From an uncultured virus (IMG/VR IMGVR_UViG_3300033170_000307) (Duplodnaviria; Heunggongvirae; Uroviricota; Caudoviricetes), in IMG/VR virus record IMGVR_UViG_3300033170_000307: DNA of 64,000 nt. The stretch is one strand, 5' to 3'. Shown in pieces: positions 43,855-54,005 of the stretch (positions within the stretch are counted from its first letter, which is position 1; each line of letters opens with the position of its first letter). The translations under genes were made by a program, and so were the position numbers. The notes under the pieces are model-generated. The model made no database searches, had not been told where the DNA came from, and worked only from the letters and a program-made list of their open reading frames with translations.

Positions 43855-46800
43855 CTACCTCCAACCTTCGCACACGTAGTGGACCTTGACCTGCCAGCCC
43901 ACAGGAAAACGCCAGAAGATACTGAATTGGTTGCTGCTTTGGCCGCCAACGTATATCTCTACGGGAGACCCATTGATGGTGGCAGCCTGTCCATCAAGGT
44001 TCTCAACTTCGACGGACTGCCAGCCGAAATAGTCGGCCGGCCAATCGTAGCCGTAGTAGCCGTAGCCATATGCTCCGGTGTAGCCATAGTTGTCCCAATA
44101 GCCGTACTCGCCGTAGTACGGGTCGTAGGGGTTGGTGACCTGCTGGGCATAGTGCTCGCCCCAGGAATGGTACGGGCCCACGTACACCGACTCGATGGAG
44201 AGGGCGACCCGAGACGGCCGGCAGGCAACTGGGATGTTGATGATGCCGGAGCCTTCCACCACTTCAGTGCTGGAGGCGTGGAAGCCCCCCGCGCTGCTGC
44301 TGGCCACGGTGCTGCTGGTGGACATGATGTAGGCATCGCCTTCCAGCACGACCGTGCGCGCGCCCTCTGGGGTGTATGACGGCGAGCCCCAGAACACGCC
44401 CCAGTTGTAGAGGACCGGGGTCTGCCCAGCTACCTCGGTCGCCAGGACCGCGCGCAACTGCAGCTTGTTGTCGCCAACCTCACCATTGAGGGCGTTGTAC
44501 GCTCCGGCTGTGAGCGGAGCCCACACAGGCGTATCGTTCAGCGGGTTCAGACTGTACTGGAAGGTGATGCTGGTGCCTTCGGGAATGAGCGTGTCGGCAT
44601 AGAGCACGAGCGCGTCCCAGTAGGCCAACGGGGAGCTGTCCAGAATAGGGCCGTACAGGACCTGCGTAGTGCCAGACTCGCCTTCGAGCCAGTAGCCCCC
44701 CAGCGTCGGGTTGTCATAGTTCGAGTTGGAGTTGGCGCCCGCCGCTCCGATGATGGAGCTGGGCCCCTGGCTGCCGTAGCCGCTGTTGATGACTGTCAGC
44801 AGAGGGCTCTTGCCGCTCTGCGAGAATACAGCCGGCCGCACGCTCAGGTCGGTGAATGTCTCGTGATGCGCCACCACCAGGAACCGGAAGGCGTCAATGT
44901 TGCAGGTGCCGCTTGCGGGGGTCAGGCGAAGCACGTAGTGCTTCGGGTCGCCGTTGTTGTATGTCTCTACCATCCGCTGGGCGATAGCCACTTCCTGCTG
45001 CTGGCCGGCGCCGGCCGACTGGTCAACGCTGGAGACCAGCAGGGCCGCGTGCGCAGAAGAGAAGGCGCCTAGAACCCCGTCCGAGTCGTACTCGGCGATG
45101 GCCAGTTGCAGCGTGCCGAAGGCGGCGTCCGAGTAGTAGACGAGGTAGAGCTTAGCCAGAGCTTCCGTGATGTGCAGGTAGAACGTGCCAGACCCCGAGA
45201 CATAGGCCCCGTCGTGGGCTCCGGTGTCGTTGGTCTGGCTATTGAAGTCCACATCCGTAGCGTAGAAGTCGGCGCCCCCCATGTTGAAGCCCAACAGGTC
45301 TTCGGCTTCCTGCGTGACCGAGCTGGTCGCGTAGATGTCCAGGTTGACCGTATCGTAGTCGGTTGCCCCGCCAGTGAGGAAAGAGCTCCCGACAACCGGG
45401 TTGTCGAGGTAGGTGGCCGTTGCTGTTTTGGGAGTCACCTGCACATTGACCAGGGCGGACTGCTGGTCTATCACGGTCTCCAGGTCTTCATTCACGGGGG
45501 TGAACCCACCCGGTACGTCGTTCGCGGCGACCGTCAGGTTGTCGAACTCTTCACTGGAAATCAGCGTGCCGGTAGGCACCCCGTCAAGCCCCACAGCATA
45601 GCGCTGGATGGTGAGCTTGGTGGTGATGTACTGCGTCCCGCCACCCGACAGGTAGCAGAAGTCAACGGCAGCCGGGTTCATGTCGGTGTCGTCGTCGGGG
45701 AAGCCGGTGGCGCCCGTGAGGTTCACCAGGGAAACGAGTTCGGACTTGGTGTCGCCGGAATTGACCGCGTTCTCGGCCTTGGTGTAGGGCACTTCCCAGC
45801 CGATGGCCGGGTCCTGCGCGTCCAGCGTCAGGTTGCGGTACGTCTCACCCACCAAGAACAACTCGGCGCCGTCCCAGTGCACAGTGCCGACACCATCGCG
45901 CTTCAGGAGCATCTTGGCGGTCGTGGTAGTGGCGGTGAAGCGCACGGCCAACAGCGTCCACTCACAATCCGCTGTGATGGACGAAGCCCCGGCCTCGGTC
46001 ACCAGTGGGATGGGGGTACCTTCGGTCTCCCCGTCCATGGGCACGATGCTGGCGGACACCTCGGCGGCGGTGAGGCCGCTTGCCCGAGCCATGACGAAAG
46101 CGGTGTAGTCCTTGCCAACGGCGAGAGAAATGGTGTCACTCTCGTAGGTGCCGATGTTGTCTGTGACTGAAGCGTCCTCGGCCGACCGAGAGCCGGCCAA
46201 GACGACAGATGCCTGGGTGCTGTAGGCGCCGTCAGCGAGAACGCCGGCCACCTTGCGTGTCCAGGTCATGGGCTGCTGCTTGCCGGAGCGGGTCTCCCAC
46301 GCTTCGAAGCCCCCGCCCAGGAGGAGCGAGTCGTTAAGGGCGCCATCGCGGGGCTGAGGGTTGCTTCCCGCAGTATCGGTGTGCACGCGGAGGATGGCGA
46401 TGGGGGCGGCGGTGGTCAGGCGCACGCCGTAGGCGTCAACTTCGCCTGGGAGCTTCAGCGCGCACCAGCCGGCCTTGATGGTACTCGTGCGTACCGAGGT
46501 ATAGACGCCAGTGCCGTCCTTGGTCTCAAGCTCTACGTCCACGGCCGCATCGAGCACATTCTGGGGGACGAAGATGGAGACCCCGGTGATGGCCTGCGGG
46601 GCCGTAGCGAAGTCGGCCGCCAGCCAGGATGTGTTCTCTCCGCCCTGCCAGTAGGTGGTCTTGTCCCCATCCAGAACGTGGTCCGCGTCGCTTTCGGATG
46701 ATGACGCGGACAGCTCCTCGCCGGTCAGCGTCAGAGGGCTGAAGAACGGGTAGAGATGCCCGTCCTCAACCTCCAGCTTGAAGGAGTCGGGGGTGACGAC

Positions 46801-48858
46801 GGTGATGCTGCAGTCATCCACCCAGACATCACCAGTGCCGTCGTCAATGTCCAGCGCGAGAGCCAGGCGGTTCATTGTGGACGGGCAGACGAACGTGAAC
46901 GTAGCTGACGCGAACGTCAGGTTGTTGCGGTTGGCTCCGCTCAGGAACTGCGATGAGGCAACTTCGGTGGCCCGGTCGGCGCTCAAGATGCGAGCGGTTC
47001 CGTTGATGTCCGATGTGCACGCGGATGACGCGAAGTACAGGGTCACCTGGTACTCGAAGTTCTGTTTGGCGTCGAAGAGCTGGTAGCCCCGCATGCGGGA
47101 ACCGTCAGAGGTCTTGTGGAACTTCAGGGAGTAGATGCCGGCGCGCTTCTGGTCGGTAGCCACGGCGACGGTGCCCTTGGAGTTCGCCTGCAAGACCCAG
47201 CTTGCCGGGGATACCGTCTCGAAACCCTCTTCCTGTAGGCGCTGACCAGTGTCGTTGCTGATTTTGGCCCGCACGAAGTTGCCTTCGGTCCCCAGCACAG
47301 CAGACTTGAGTTCCATGCTGTGGGTCGGAGGAACGGCGCGGTCATTGAGCTGCAGCTCGGCCAGGGTGCTGCGGTTGTTGGTGCCGTGCTCTACTGTCAC
47401 CTTGAGACCGTTGCCGTCGCGACCAACAATGCCGGCCTTGGGAGTGAAGATGTAGCCCTGGATTCCATTCTGCCGCAACCAACTCAGCGACGCTTCGTCG
47501 GCGTCGGCGGTCGAGCCTTCGGAGACTTCGACCAGAACCTTGCGGTCTCCGGGCTCGCGCGCCGTCAGGACCAGAGTTGAGATTCCGGTGTAGGTCACCC
47601 TAACGGTCTCGTTCTCCGTGATGGGCTGCGGGTCCGCGTCGGGGTCCCAGGCGATGGTGCCGGCCGCCGTGTCCACGATGTAGCCGGTAGCGTAGGTGGT
47701 GATGCCGGTGGCGTTCTTGACAACCACCGAGCCCCCCTGCAGGCGTGGGTAGGTGAGCTGCACAGCCGTGCGGGAAAGCGCGATGGTCTCAGTGACTGAA
47801 GTGCCGCGACCAGGGATGGTGTACTGGCCGCAGGTCGCGACGGGGTAGGGCGGCAGTGCTCCCATATCCGCCTGGTGAGCCCCCGTGTCCACGTTGCAGG
47901 TTGAGCCCAGGCCCACGTTCACAAGCGAGCCAAAGCCGTCGAACCAGAAGTCGGTGCATACTACCTGCGTGGCCAGCAGCTTGTACATCGTCTCGATGAG
48001 CTTCAGCCAGTAGTTGCTGAGCACGATGTTGGTCCGCGTGTCCACGACCTCAAGGATGTCGCCGCCCGCCCCGGTGTAGACCCAGGCCAGCGCGACAGCA
48101 TAGGTAGACGGCCTGGCGTCGGACTCGGCCTCGGGGTCGAGGTAATAGAAGCCCTCGATGTAGGCATCGCCGGTGGCGGTTATGCGAATCTGCTTCGTGG
48201 CGCCAGCCGAATCGGGGGCACCGATGCAGATGGCCCGACGCTTCTGCGCGATGGAGGAGTAGAACGAAACCGAGGTCTCGGCCGTTCCCGTGGACCAAGC
48301 ACCCCAGGAGCCATCGGCGTTCTGGGTCCGCGTCTGGATGGTAGCCGAGCCGCCCGCGCTGTCCCGAGACAGCATGAGGTGCATGGGGCCCTTGCCACTG
48401 TAGAGGATGGTGGCGGTGCCGTCCGTGAGCTTCGTCACGTAGCCCTGGAGGGCACCAGAGACAGCGGTGCGCTCCGTGTCGCCGTCGTAGACGACACTGC
48501 TGGAATTGTCCGGGTAGTTCACGCGTTCGGCCGGCACATTGACAATGGCCGGGGTATCGTCGCTGTCGAGTACCCAGGCGCGGCAGACGGAATAGGGCGG
48601 CAGCGCCACATTGTAGGCGGTGCTCAACAGCAGCCGGATGCCCTCGCTGTAGGCTACTCCGGGGGTGATGGTGATGAAGTTACCGCCGTCTATCAACTGC
48701 AGACCGCGCAGGACGCCTTCCCCGTGCATGTCGCTGATGACGCCGGAAATCTTCCCTTCCATAGCGTCCAAGGCAGCCTGGAAGGCCGCCATGTTGGCGT
48801 TGTACTCAGGGGCTGCTACAACGTTCCCGGTCTGTGCCGGGTTGTATGCAACATCCAT
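43855..48858 (-). CDS. Large virion structural protein with CBM/F5-8-like domains
   Basis: ~1670 aa; EEGFE and GGGFEAW CBM-like starts, LDGDKTTYW, repeated F..L......LSGG/LTGG modules. Confidence 0.65.
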   Translation of the reverse strand: MDVAYNPAQTGNVVAAPEYNANMAAFQAALDAMEGKISGVISDMHGEGVLRGLQLIDGGNFITITPGVAYSEGIRLLLSTAYNVALPPYSVCRAWVLDSDDTPAIVNVPAERVNYPDNSSSVVYDGDTERTAVSGALQGYVTKLTDGTATILYSGKGPMHLMLSRDSAGGSATIQTRTQNADGSWGAWSTGTAETSVSFYSSIAQKRRAICIGAPDSAGATKQIRITATGDAYIEGFYYLDPEAESDARPSTYAVALAWVYTGAGGDILEVVDTRTNIVLSNYWLKLIETMYKLLATQVVCTDFWFDGFGSLVNVGLGSTCNVDTGAHQADMGALPPYPVATCGQYTIPGRGTSVTETIALSRTAVQLTYPRLQGGSVVVKNATGITTYATGYIVDTAAGTIAWDPDADPQPITENETVRVTYTGISTLVLTAREPGDRKVLVEVSEGSTADADEASLSWLRQNGIQGYIFTPKAGIVGRDGNGLKVTVEHGTNNRSTLAELQLNDRAVPPTHSMELKSAVLGTEGNFVRAKISNDTGQRLQEEGFETVSPASWVLQANSKGTVAVATDQKRAGIYSLKFHKTSDGSRMRGYQLFDAKQNFEYQVTLYFASSACTSDINGTARILSADRATEVASSQFLSGANRNNLTFASATFTFVCPSTMNRLALALDIDDGTGDVWVDDCSITVVTPDSFKLEVEDGHLYPFFSPLTLTGEELSASSSESDADHVLDGDKTTYWQGGENTSWLAADFATAPQAITGVSIFVPQNVLDAAVDVELETKDGTGVYTSVRTSTIKAGWCALKLPGEVDAYGVRLTTAAPIAILRVHTDTAGSNPQPRDGALNDSLLLGGGFEAWETRSGKQQPMTWTRKVAGVLADGAYSTQASVVLAGSRSAEDASVTDNIGTYESDTISLAVGKDYTAFVMARASGLTAAEVSASIVPMDGETEGTPIPLVTEAGASSITADCEWTLLAVRFTATTTTAKMLLKRDGVGTVHWDGAELFLVGETYRNLTLDAQDPAIGWEVPYTKAENAVNSGDTKSELVSLVNLTGATGFPDDDTDMNPAAVDFCYLSGGGTQYITTKLTIQRYAVGLDGVPTGTLISSEEFDNLTVAANDVPGGFTPVNEDLETVIDQQSALVNVQVTPKTATATYLDNPVVGSSFLTGGATDYDTVNLDIYATSSVTQEAEDLLGFNMGGADFYATDVDFNSQTNDTGAHDGAYVSGSGTFYLHITEALAKLYLVYYSDAAFGTLQLAIAEYDSDGVLGAFSSAHAALLVSSVDQSAGAGQQQEVAIAQRMVETYNNGDPKHYVLRLTPASGTCNIDAFRFLVVAHHETFTDLSVRPAVFSQSGKSPLLTVINSGYGSQGPSSIIGAAGANSNSNYDNPTLGGYWLEGESGTTQVLYGPILDSSPLAYWDALVLYADTLIPEGTSITFQYSLNPLNDTPVWAPLTAGAYNALNGEVGDNKLQLRAVLATEVAGQTPVLYNWGVFWGSPSYTPEGARTVVLEGDAYIMSTSSTVASSSAGGFHASSTEVVEGSGIINIPVACRPSRVALSIESVYVGPYHSWGEHYAQQVTNPYDPYYGEYGYWDNYGYTGAYGYGYYGYDWPADYFGWQSVEVENLDGQAATINGSPVEIYVGGQSSNQFSIFWRFPVGWQVKVHYVCEGWR

Positions 48859-48919
48859 TGAATCACCTTGTTGACAACTGCTTTGTTGTTGTCCTATAGC
48901 TATCCGGCAAATACGGGGT

Positions 48920-49186
48920 TGTTCAACCACTACCCGAAGGCAGCTTGCAGCCGCAAACAACACGCTGCTTTAGGCCGGTTGACGCGGCCCGCCCGAGACG
49001 GCGCTGCCCTCTCGGACCAGGTACTTCCCCTTCACATTCCGTCCCGCATTGAGGTCGGCGTTGATTCGGAACCCGCACTTCTGGCACCGGAACTCGGACT
49101 GGCTCACGCGGTTGCCCCGCGCGACGTGTCCGCACCGCGAGCATTTCTGGCTCGTCCCGCGCGGGTCTACCGTCGCCGTCGTCTTC
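48920..49186 (-). pseudogene. tnpB: tnpB 3'-end remnant (zinc ribbon, RuvC-III, probable omega-RNA region)
   Basis: Manual translation VDPRGTSQKCSRCGHVARGNRVSQSEFRCQKCGFRINADLNAGRNV with no start; followed by GCTGCAAGCTGCC...GTGGTTGA. Confidence 0.85.
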
Positions 49187-50113
49187 CTATCGCGCCGCTT
49201 TGAGCGCCACCCGCATAGTTGCCTCGTAGCGAGGCGGTTGCCCGGCCAACGGAGCGTACTTAATCTGTATAACTTTGCCCCACGCCAACTGTTTCATCCT
49301 GCCGTCAATGGGGTCGAAGCCCCAAATCTGGACATAGGCTGAGACTTTACGGAACGCCTCGAACTTGGAGACCATGATGTACTGCGGGTAGGACACGTTG
49401 TACATGTCCGCACCAGGGGTCACGTCGGGAAGGTTCGACCAGGAGAACGTGAGCTCTCCCGGCTCCCTGAAGTTGGCCATCACCATGGCTTCCCCCGCGA
49501 CCGTGTACTTGTTGTCCCGACTTCCCCCATTCGACCATCTGATGGAAGAGGGGGAGTGCAGGGTCCCTACCGCGCTGTGAACGATAGACAGATGGCGGAA
49601 GATGGACCCGGTGCCGCCCGTCACTACCGGGGCGTCGGACAGACTGGGCAGGGGGTTGATGGTGCGGTTGGGCGCCAGACTGAACGCCAGGCCGGCGCTC
49701 CAGGTATGGTTGTTGTTGTAGGTGGCGCCGTTGGAAGCGCGCTTGGCGTCCTCGCCTACCTCGTAAGACATCAGGTAGCCCACATACTGCTGCCGGTCCA
49801 GCTCTATGGCGTGGAGGAGTTCCGGCCAAGCAAAGAGCCGGCTCTCGTTGATGTTGGCGGGGGCGAGAAGCACGCGCTCCAGGCTGCGCAGCCAACTAGC
49901 CACAGGGAAGTCGCTAACAACGTCAACCCACTGCATGGACAGCAGCGGGGGGCGCTCCAGGGCGATGGTCGGGTTACCCACAGAAGTGAACGCCGCTCGT
50001 CTGGACAGGTCGGAAGACGCAGAGGCGGGGCCAGGCAGCAGCGTCATACCGTCAATGATGACGGGTCGCGCGGCGGTAGCCCTGTTGCCATAGATGTTGC
50101 GTTGAGCTGACAT
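49187..50113 (-). CDS. Hypothetical protein (virion module)
   Basis: 308-aa ORF with TAATG coupling. Confidence 0.65.
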   Translation of the reverse strand: MSAQRNIYGNRATAARPVIIDGMTLLPGPASASSDLSRRAAFTSVGNPTIALERPPLLSMQWVDVVSDFPVASWLRSLERVLLAPANINESRLFAWPELLHAIELDRQQYVGYLMSYEVGEDAKRASNGATYNNNHTWSAGLAFSLAPNRTINPLPSLSDAPVVTGGTGSIFRHLSIVHSAVGTLHSPSSIRWSNGGSRDNKYTVAGEAMVMANFREPGELTFSWSNLPDVTPGADMYNVSYPQYIMVSKFEAFRKVSAYVQIWGFDPIDGRMKQLAWGKVIQIKYAPLAGQPPRYEATMRVALKAAR

Positions 50114-50901
50114 TAGCCGAACACGTCTCCCGAGATGGTCCAGAATGTGCAGAGCGGTACTGACGCCGGGACTGCCGCCAGCACGACGGCGCCCGATGCG
50201 GCGTCCACACTCTCCACCTCTACTTCTTCTCCTCCCACGGTCACCGTGATGTCGGAGGAGTTGGAGGCCAGGGCCATTTCTGTGGGCATCTTCGTCAGTG
50301 TGATGCTGATGGTGTGGGCGCCGTTCTCATCGAACGACACGAACCACAGGTTGTTGCTCACGGAAGCGCGGTACCGGACAAGCAGCAAATTGCCAGGCGG
50401 CAGGCCCATGAGCTCACAGTTGCCAGAGTTGTCGGCCTGCTCGCTCCAGAAGACCGGAGAACCGAGCCCCCCTGCGGAAGCGGCCACCAGGTCGTTGTCT
50501 TGCAGGAGGACGGAGCGTAGCTCGCTACCATCGAACTGTGGGACGTAAGCCGAGAGCCACACGATGGTACGCATGGGTGCCGGCTTTACCACGATGAGCT
50601 TCTGGTTGCCGTCCGAGTCCGTCGCTACCCAAGTGCCATCCGACACAGCGGCGCCGGCCGCTCCGGCGCCGGAGACGGTCGCCGTCTCAAGGTTCGTCGG
50701 GACCAGCGCCGGGACTACGGGCAATAGCCAATCGCGCGAAGCCACATACTTCTCCTGGCGAGAAGTATTCAGCAGCGAAGCCGTCATCTGTCTCGGGCCG
50801 CCCCACACGGATGCTCCGAAGAGGCTTGGGTTTCCAGGCATTAGAACCAGTCCTCCATTTCTCCGCCATAGGTGGTGAGTGTCGGCTTGCGCCCGCCCCA
50901 C
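50113..50901 (-). CDS. Hypothetical protein (virion module)
   Basis: ORF in gene order; start uncertain. Confidence 0.6.
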   Translation of the reverse strand: MGRAQADTHHLWRRNGGLVLMPGNPSLFGASVWGGPRQMTASLLNTSRQEKYVASRDWLLPVVPALVPTNLETATVSGAGAAGAAVSDGTWVATDSDGNQKLIVVKPAPMRTIVWLSAYVPQFDGSELRSVLLQDNDLVAASAGGLGSPVFWSEQADNSGNCELMGLPPGNLLLVRYRASVSNNLWFVSFDENGAHTISITLTKMPTEMALASNSSDITVTVGGEEVEVESVDAASGAVVLAAVPASVPLCTFWTISGDVFG

Positions 50902-53900
50902 TCAAGACTGCTAGCGGATGCTGGCGGGGTTGGGAGGATTGCGCTGGAAGAAGTGTAGGTGCTGCTGAACGACTTCCTTGCGCTTTCCGACTCCTGGGTA
51001 GGCAGCAGCATGCCTGTGACCGTAGTATCGAAGCGGCCGTTGGAGCAGCCATGATGTACAGTCCTAATGTAGAAGTATCTGTACCGAGGGTATCCATGCA
51101 CGTCCGTCCCGTTGGGGAACGCGATGGAAATGAAGTCTCCCGGCCACAGGTGTGGTTGCCCAATCATCGTGATGTTGTACAGGTCTCCGACCCACCACTG
51201 CGAGCACCAGTTCTGCAGATAGGCGGCGTAGGAGTTGACCATCGCCGGGGTCGTCAGGTGTGGCGACGATATGTACAACCAGGTCTTGCGCAACATTGGG
51301 TTGCGCGCCTGCTGCGGAGTGTTGGCGTAGACGTAGCGGAACGCTGGTATCTTCCTGGTTGAGTTCCACGGCAGAGAGCCGCCCCAGCGCACATAGTGGT
51401 AGACATTGTTCACGGTCTGGCCCACCAGCCGGCAGTTCGCCCGGCCGCACACACACGTTGGGTAGAGCGCTTCGCCCATGACCATCACGCCATCGTGACG
51501 GCCCAGCATCACGTTGGTCGATTCCATGGTGATGATGCTGTTCTCGTAGGAGAAGTGGTCTTCAGTGATGAACTCGCCCTTCGCCAGGTGCTGGAGGATG
51601 GGCGCGGCGTTGGCATTGGCGATGATGCCGCCAGCCATCAGCGGGAACAGGTCTGGCTCATAGTGTAGAAGCCCCAGATTGTCGAAGTACAACCGGAAGC
51701 CGAACGTCCTGGCAATCTGCTGCATCAGGTCGTAGACTGAGCCTCCTGGAGAGAGCAGGAAGCGCCAGTTGCCGTTCTCGCCCCCAACGTTCTCGACCTG
51801 GCCTGGACACGGGGCGTCCCAAGACGCCAGTACGGCATCGGTCTGAGGCGCGAACTGCTTGTCTACCAAAGCGAGCGATGGTTTGCTGTCGGTCTTCTGG
51901 TACTGGCCGCTCGAAGCCTTCGGGCCGCTGACCCCAACAGTCCATGGGGCCATTTCTGTGTCCGCAATGCCGGCATAGTTAGCCAGCAGCTTGATGGCGT
52001 AGAAGTGGCTGTAGCCGTCCATGGCCGGTAGGCTGAAGCCCTTCGCCTTCTGCAACAAGGCATGCCGGCCCACTTCGTTCATGCGGCCGATGATGGACGC
52101 AGAGCCCACTTCCCCGCCAGCGGACATCTGGAAGGTGGCCTTGTCCGTGTACTTCTTCGCAACGGGCCACATCTTGTAGACCTCGTTGCCGCTGTCATCA
52201 ATGAACGCGTACCCACAGACGGTCTTTGACGGGAAGCCGCGCAGACCTTCAGCGGACATGTACTCGTCGGTGTCCTGCCAGGCGCCTGTGCGAGGGTCGT
52301 CCGTGACGCCGGGGAAGTAGCCCCCGCTCTCGCCTATGTCGAACCGCGTACTGCCGCTGACCTCGCCCTCAGCTCCAGCTTCCAGACTGAAGTCCAGCCC
52401 GTTCTGTAGGTAGAAAGAGCCGGTCTCCGGCAGCATACCGTCGCCAAGGTTGGTGTAGGGCTCTGCGATGAAGCGGACATAGCGAATCTTCGGGAAGACC
52501 TTGGTCTTCGGGCCGCCATTGGGAGCCTGAGCGTAGCCGGCCTTGGCCTTGATAGTGACCTTGACAATGCAGTCATCCGAGTTCGTGCTGCCATCGGCGG
52601 CGGCAGTGGCATGGTCGGTGTCTACAGTCACCGAGTCAATCGTTGGGTTGACATAGTTCGTCAGGCTGCTGTCGTGGATAGGGTGGTGTGAGACAACCAC
52701 CGTGCCACTCTTGAGCATGTCCTTGATGTCGCTCTCTTCGACTGTCCCGCCAGCGTTGTTGTCGGCCGCCATCTGCTTGAGGGATGACCAGGATGTGACA
52801 TAGTGGGCGACGAGCTCCCTGGTGTCTCCACCCCCGTCGTAGGGCTCGAACTCGGTACCAAGGCAGAAGTTGACGGGGGCGCCGTTGCCCATGACAAGGA
52901 TGCGGCCTTCGGTCAACTGTGTATTCAGCTTGTCGTTGTCGGTCTTGCCCTGCAATTCGAGGTCGCTCTTGTACTCGCCATCGGCTGCGCCCTCAGACCA
53001 GGACTCGTCTTTGCGCCCCTCGGCAGCATCCAGCTTCCATGAGAAGCGCGCCGTCTTCTGCCCGGTGCCCCAAGGTTGCATCGCGACGTAGAAGCAGCCG
53101 CCCTCGATGTAGGCGGTGAAGTTGATTTCCTGCGCTTCCCCGGTGTCGAACTGGAAGCCCTCGCGCGGGTCGTTCGAGCGAGGCACCTCCTGCCACTCAT
53201 TGAGTTGGGGGTTCTTGGACGGGTGCGTCATCTCTCCGACATCCGGGGCGGTCGTGGCGCTCCGGCTCACGTAGAGGATGGGTTCCCATGACGGCAGGCG
53301 GAACAACAGGCAGTAGCGCGGGGCCCTCTGGGCTGAAGAACCCCAGTCCCCCATGCAGATAGAGACGAAGTTCGCGTAGGGGTTGCCAGACTGCGCCGGG
53401 TTGGAAGACGCCATCACCGGGACGGTCCAGTTGGTCCCCGAGACGGACATGAGCGACTCCTGGTGGAAGTGCCCAAAGTTCTCGGGGATGGGGGCGACCT
53501 TGAAGATGCCGCGCAGCTTGAAGTTGCGCCAGTGCGTGGGTCCCTTGAGGCAGAAGAACTTGTCGGTGGACACGTAGACAGACGGCAGCATATTGCTGGC
53601 GCCCATGTACCACTTGGTTTCGCCTGGGCCCGGCCGCATGCCGGCTGTGTAAATCTGGTCGGCCTCAACAGTGGCGCCGGCCACAGGGGTGAAGCCGGCC
53701 ATCCAGCCATCATCGTCGTTGCCCATCCAGTTGGATGAGGTCTCAGTCTTCATCACCACACACGGAACCAGGGGCTTCGTGATATAGACCTCGGCACTCA
53801 TGTCTTCAGCCGGCTTGCCCACGGGCGTGAACCCGCCACCAGTGAAGGGGGCGGTAGGGTCGGAAATCTCGGGCCCGGCCTTGTGGAACGACACCAGCGG

Positions 53901-53996
53901 AGGCACGGCAGCAGTGGCGGTGAACGGTTCCACCTTGGTGAACCAGACGGCCCGCTTGACGCGATTAGTGATGTCTATTGTAGGTGCATCAGGCAT
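50841..53996 (-). CDS. Putative tail/baseplate hub-like protein
   Basis: 1051 aa; IARTFGFRLYFDNLGLLHY and IGQPHLWPGDFI...YFYIRTVHH resemble hub-protein patterns. Confidence 0.55.
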   Translation of the reverse strand: MPDAPTIDITNRVKRAVWFTKVEPFTATAAVPPLVSFHKAGPEISDPTAPFTGGGFTPVGKPAEDMSAEVYITKPLVPCVVMKTETSSNWMGNDDDGWMAGFTPVAGATVEADQIYTAGMRPGPGETKWYMGASNMLPSVYVSTDKFFCLKGPTHWRNFKLRGIFKVAPIPENFGHFHQESLMSVSGTNWTVPVMASSNPAQSGNPYANFVSICMGDWGSSAQRAPRYCLLFRLPSWEPILYVSRSATTAPDVGEMTHPSKNPQLNEWQEVPRSNDPREGFQFDTGEAQEINFTAYIEGGCFYVAMQPWGTGQKTARFSWKLDAAEGRKDESWSEGAADGEYKSDLELQGKTDNDKLNTQLTEGRILVMGNGAPVNFCLGTEFEPYDGGGDTRELVAHYVTSWSSLKQMAADNNAGGTVEESDIKDMLKSGTVVVSHHPIHDSSLTNYVNPTIDSVTVDTDHATAAADGSTNSDDCIVKVTIKAKAGYAQAPNGGPKTKVFPKIRYVRFIAEPYTNLGDGMLPETGSFYLQNGLDFSLEAGAEGEVSGSTRFDIGESGGYFPGVTDDPRTGAWQDTDEYMSAEGLRGFPSKTVCGYAFIDDSGNEVYKMWPVAKKYTDKATFQMSAGGEVGSASIIGRMNEVGRHALLQKAKGFSLPAMDGYSHFYAIKLLANYAGIADTEMAPWTVGVSGPKASSGQYQKTDSKPSLALVDKQFAPQTDAVLASWDAPCPGQVENVGGENGNWRFLLSPGGSVYDLMQQIARTFGFRLYFDNLGLLHYEPDLFPLMAGGIIANANAAPILQHLAKGEFITEDHFSYENSIITMESTNVMLGRHDGVMVMGEALYPTCVCGRANCRLVGQTVNNVYHYVRWGGSLPWNSTRKIPAFRYVYANTPQQARNPMLRKTWLYISSPHLTTPAMVNSYAAYLQNWCSQWWVGDLYNITMIGQPHLWPGDFISIAFPNGTDVHGYPRYRYFYIRTVHHGCSNGRFDTTVTGMLLPTQESESARKSFSSTYTSSSAILPTPPASASSLEWGGRKPTLTTYGGEMEDWF

Positions 53997-54005
53997 TGAA
54001 CCACC

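Noticed and set aside
44040..44130. Tyr/Gly-rich stretch as a separate repeat element
   Set aside because: Low-complexity coding sequence within the large structural gene, with no regular unit.
50762..50770. Additional copy of the GGAATACTTC motif
   Set aside because: Only a partial match (TGAATACTTC) inside an ORF, without the RCRY prefix.
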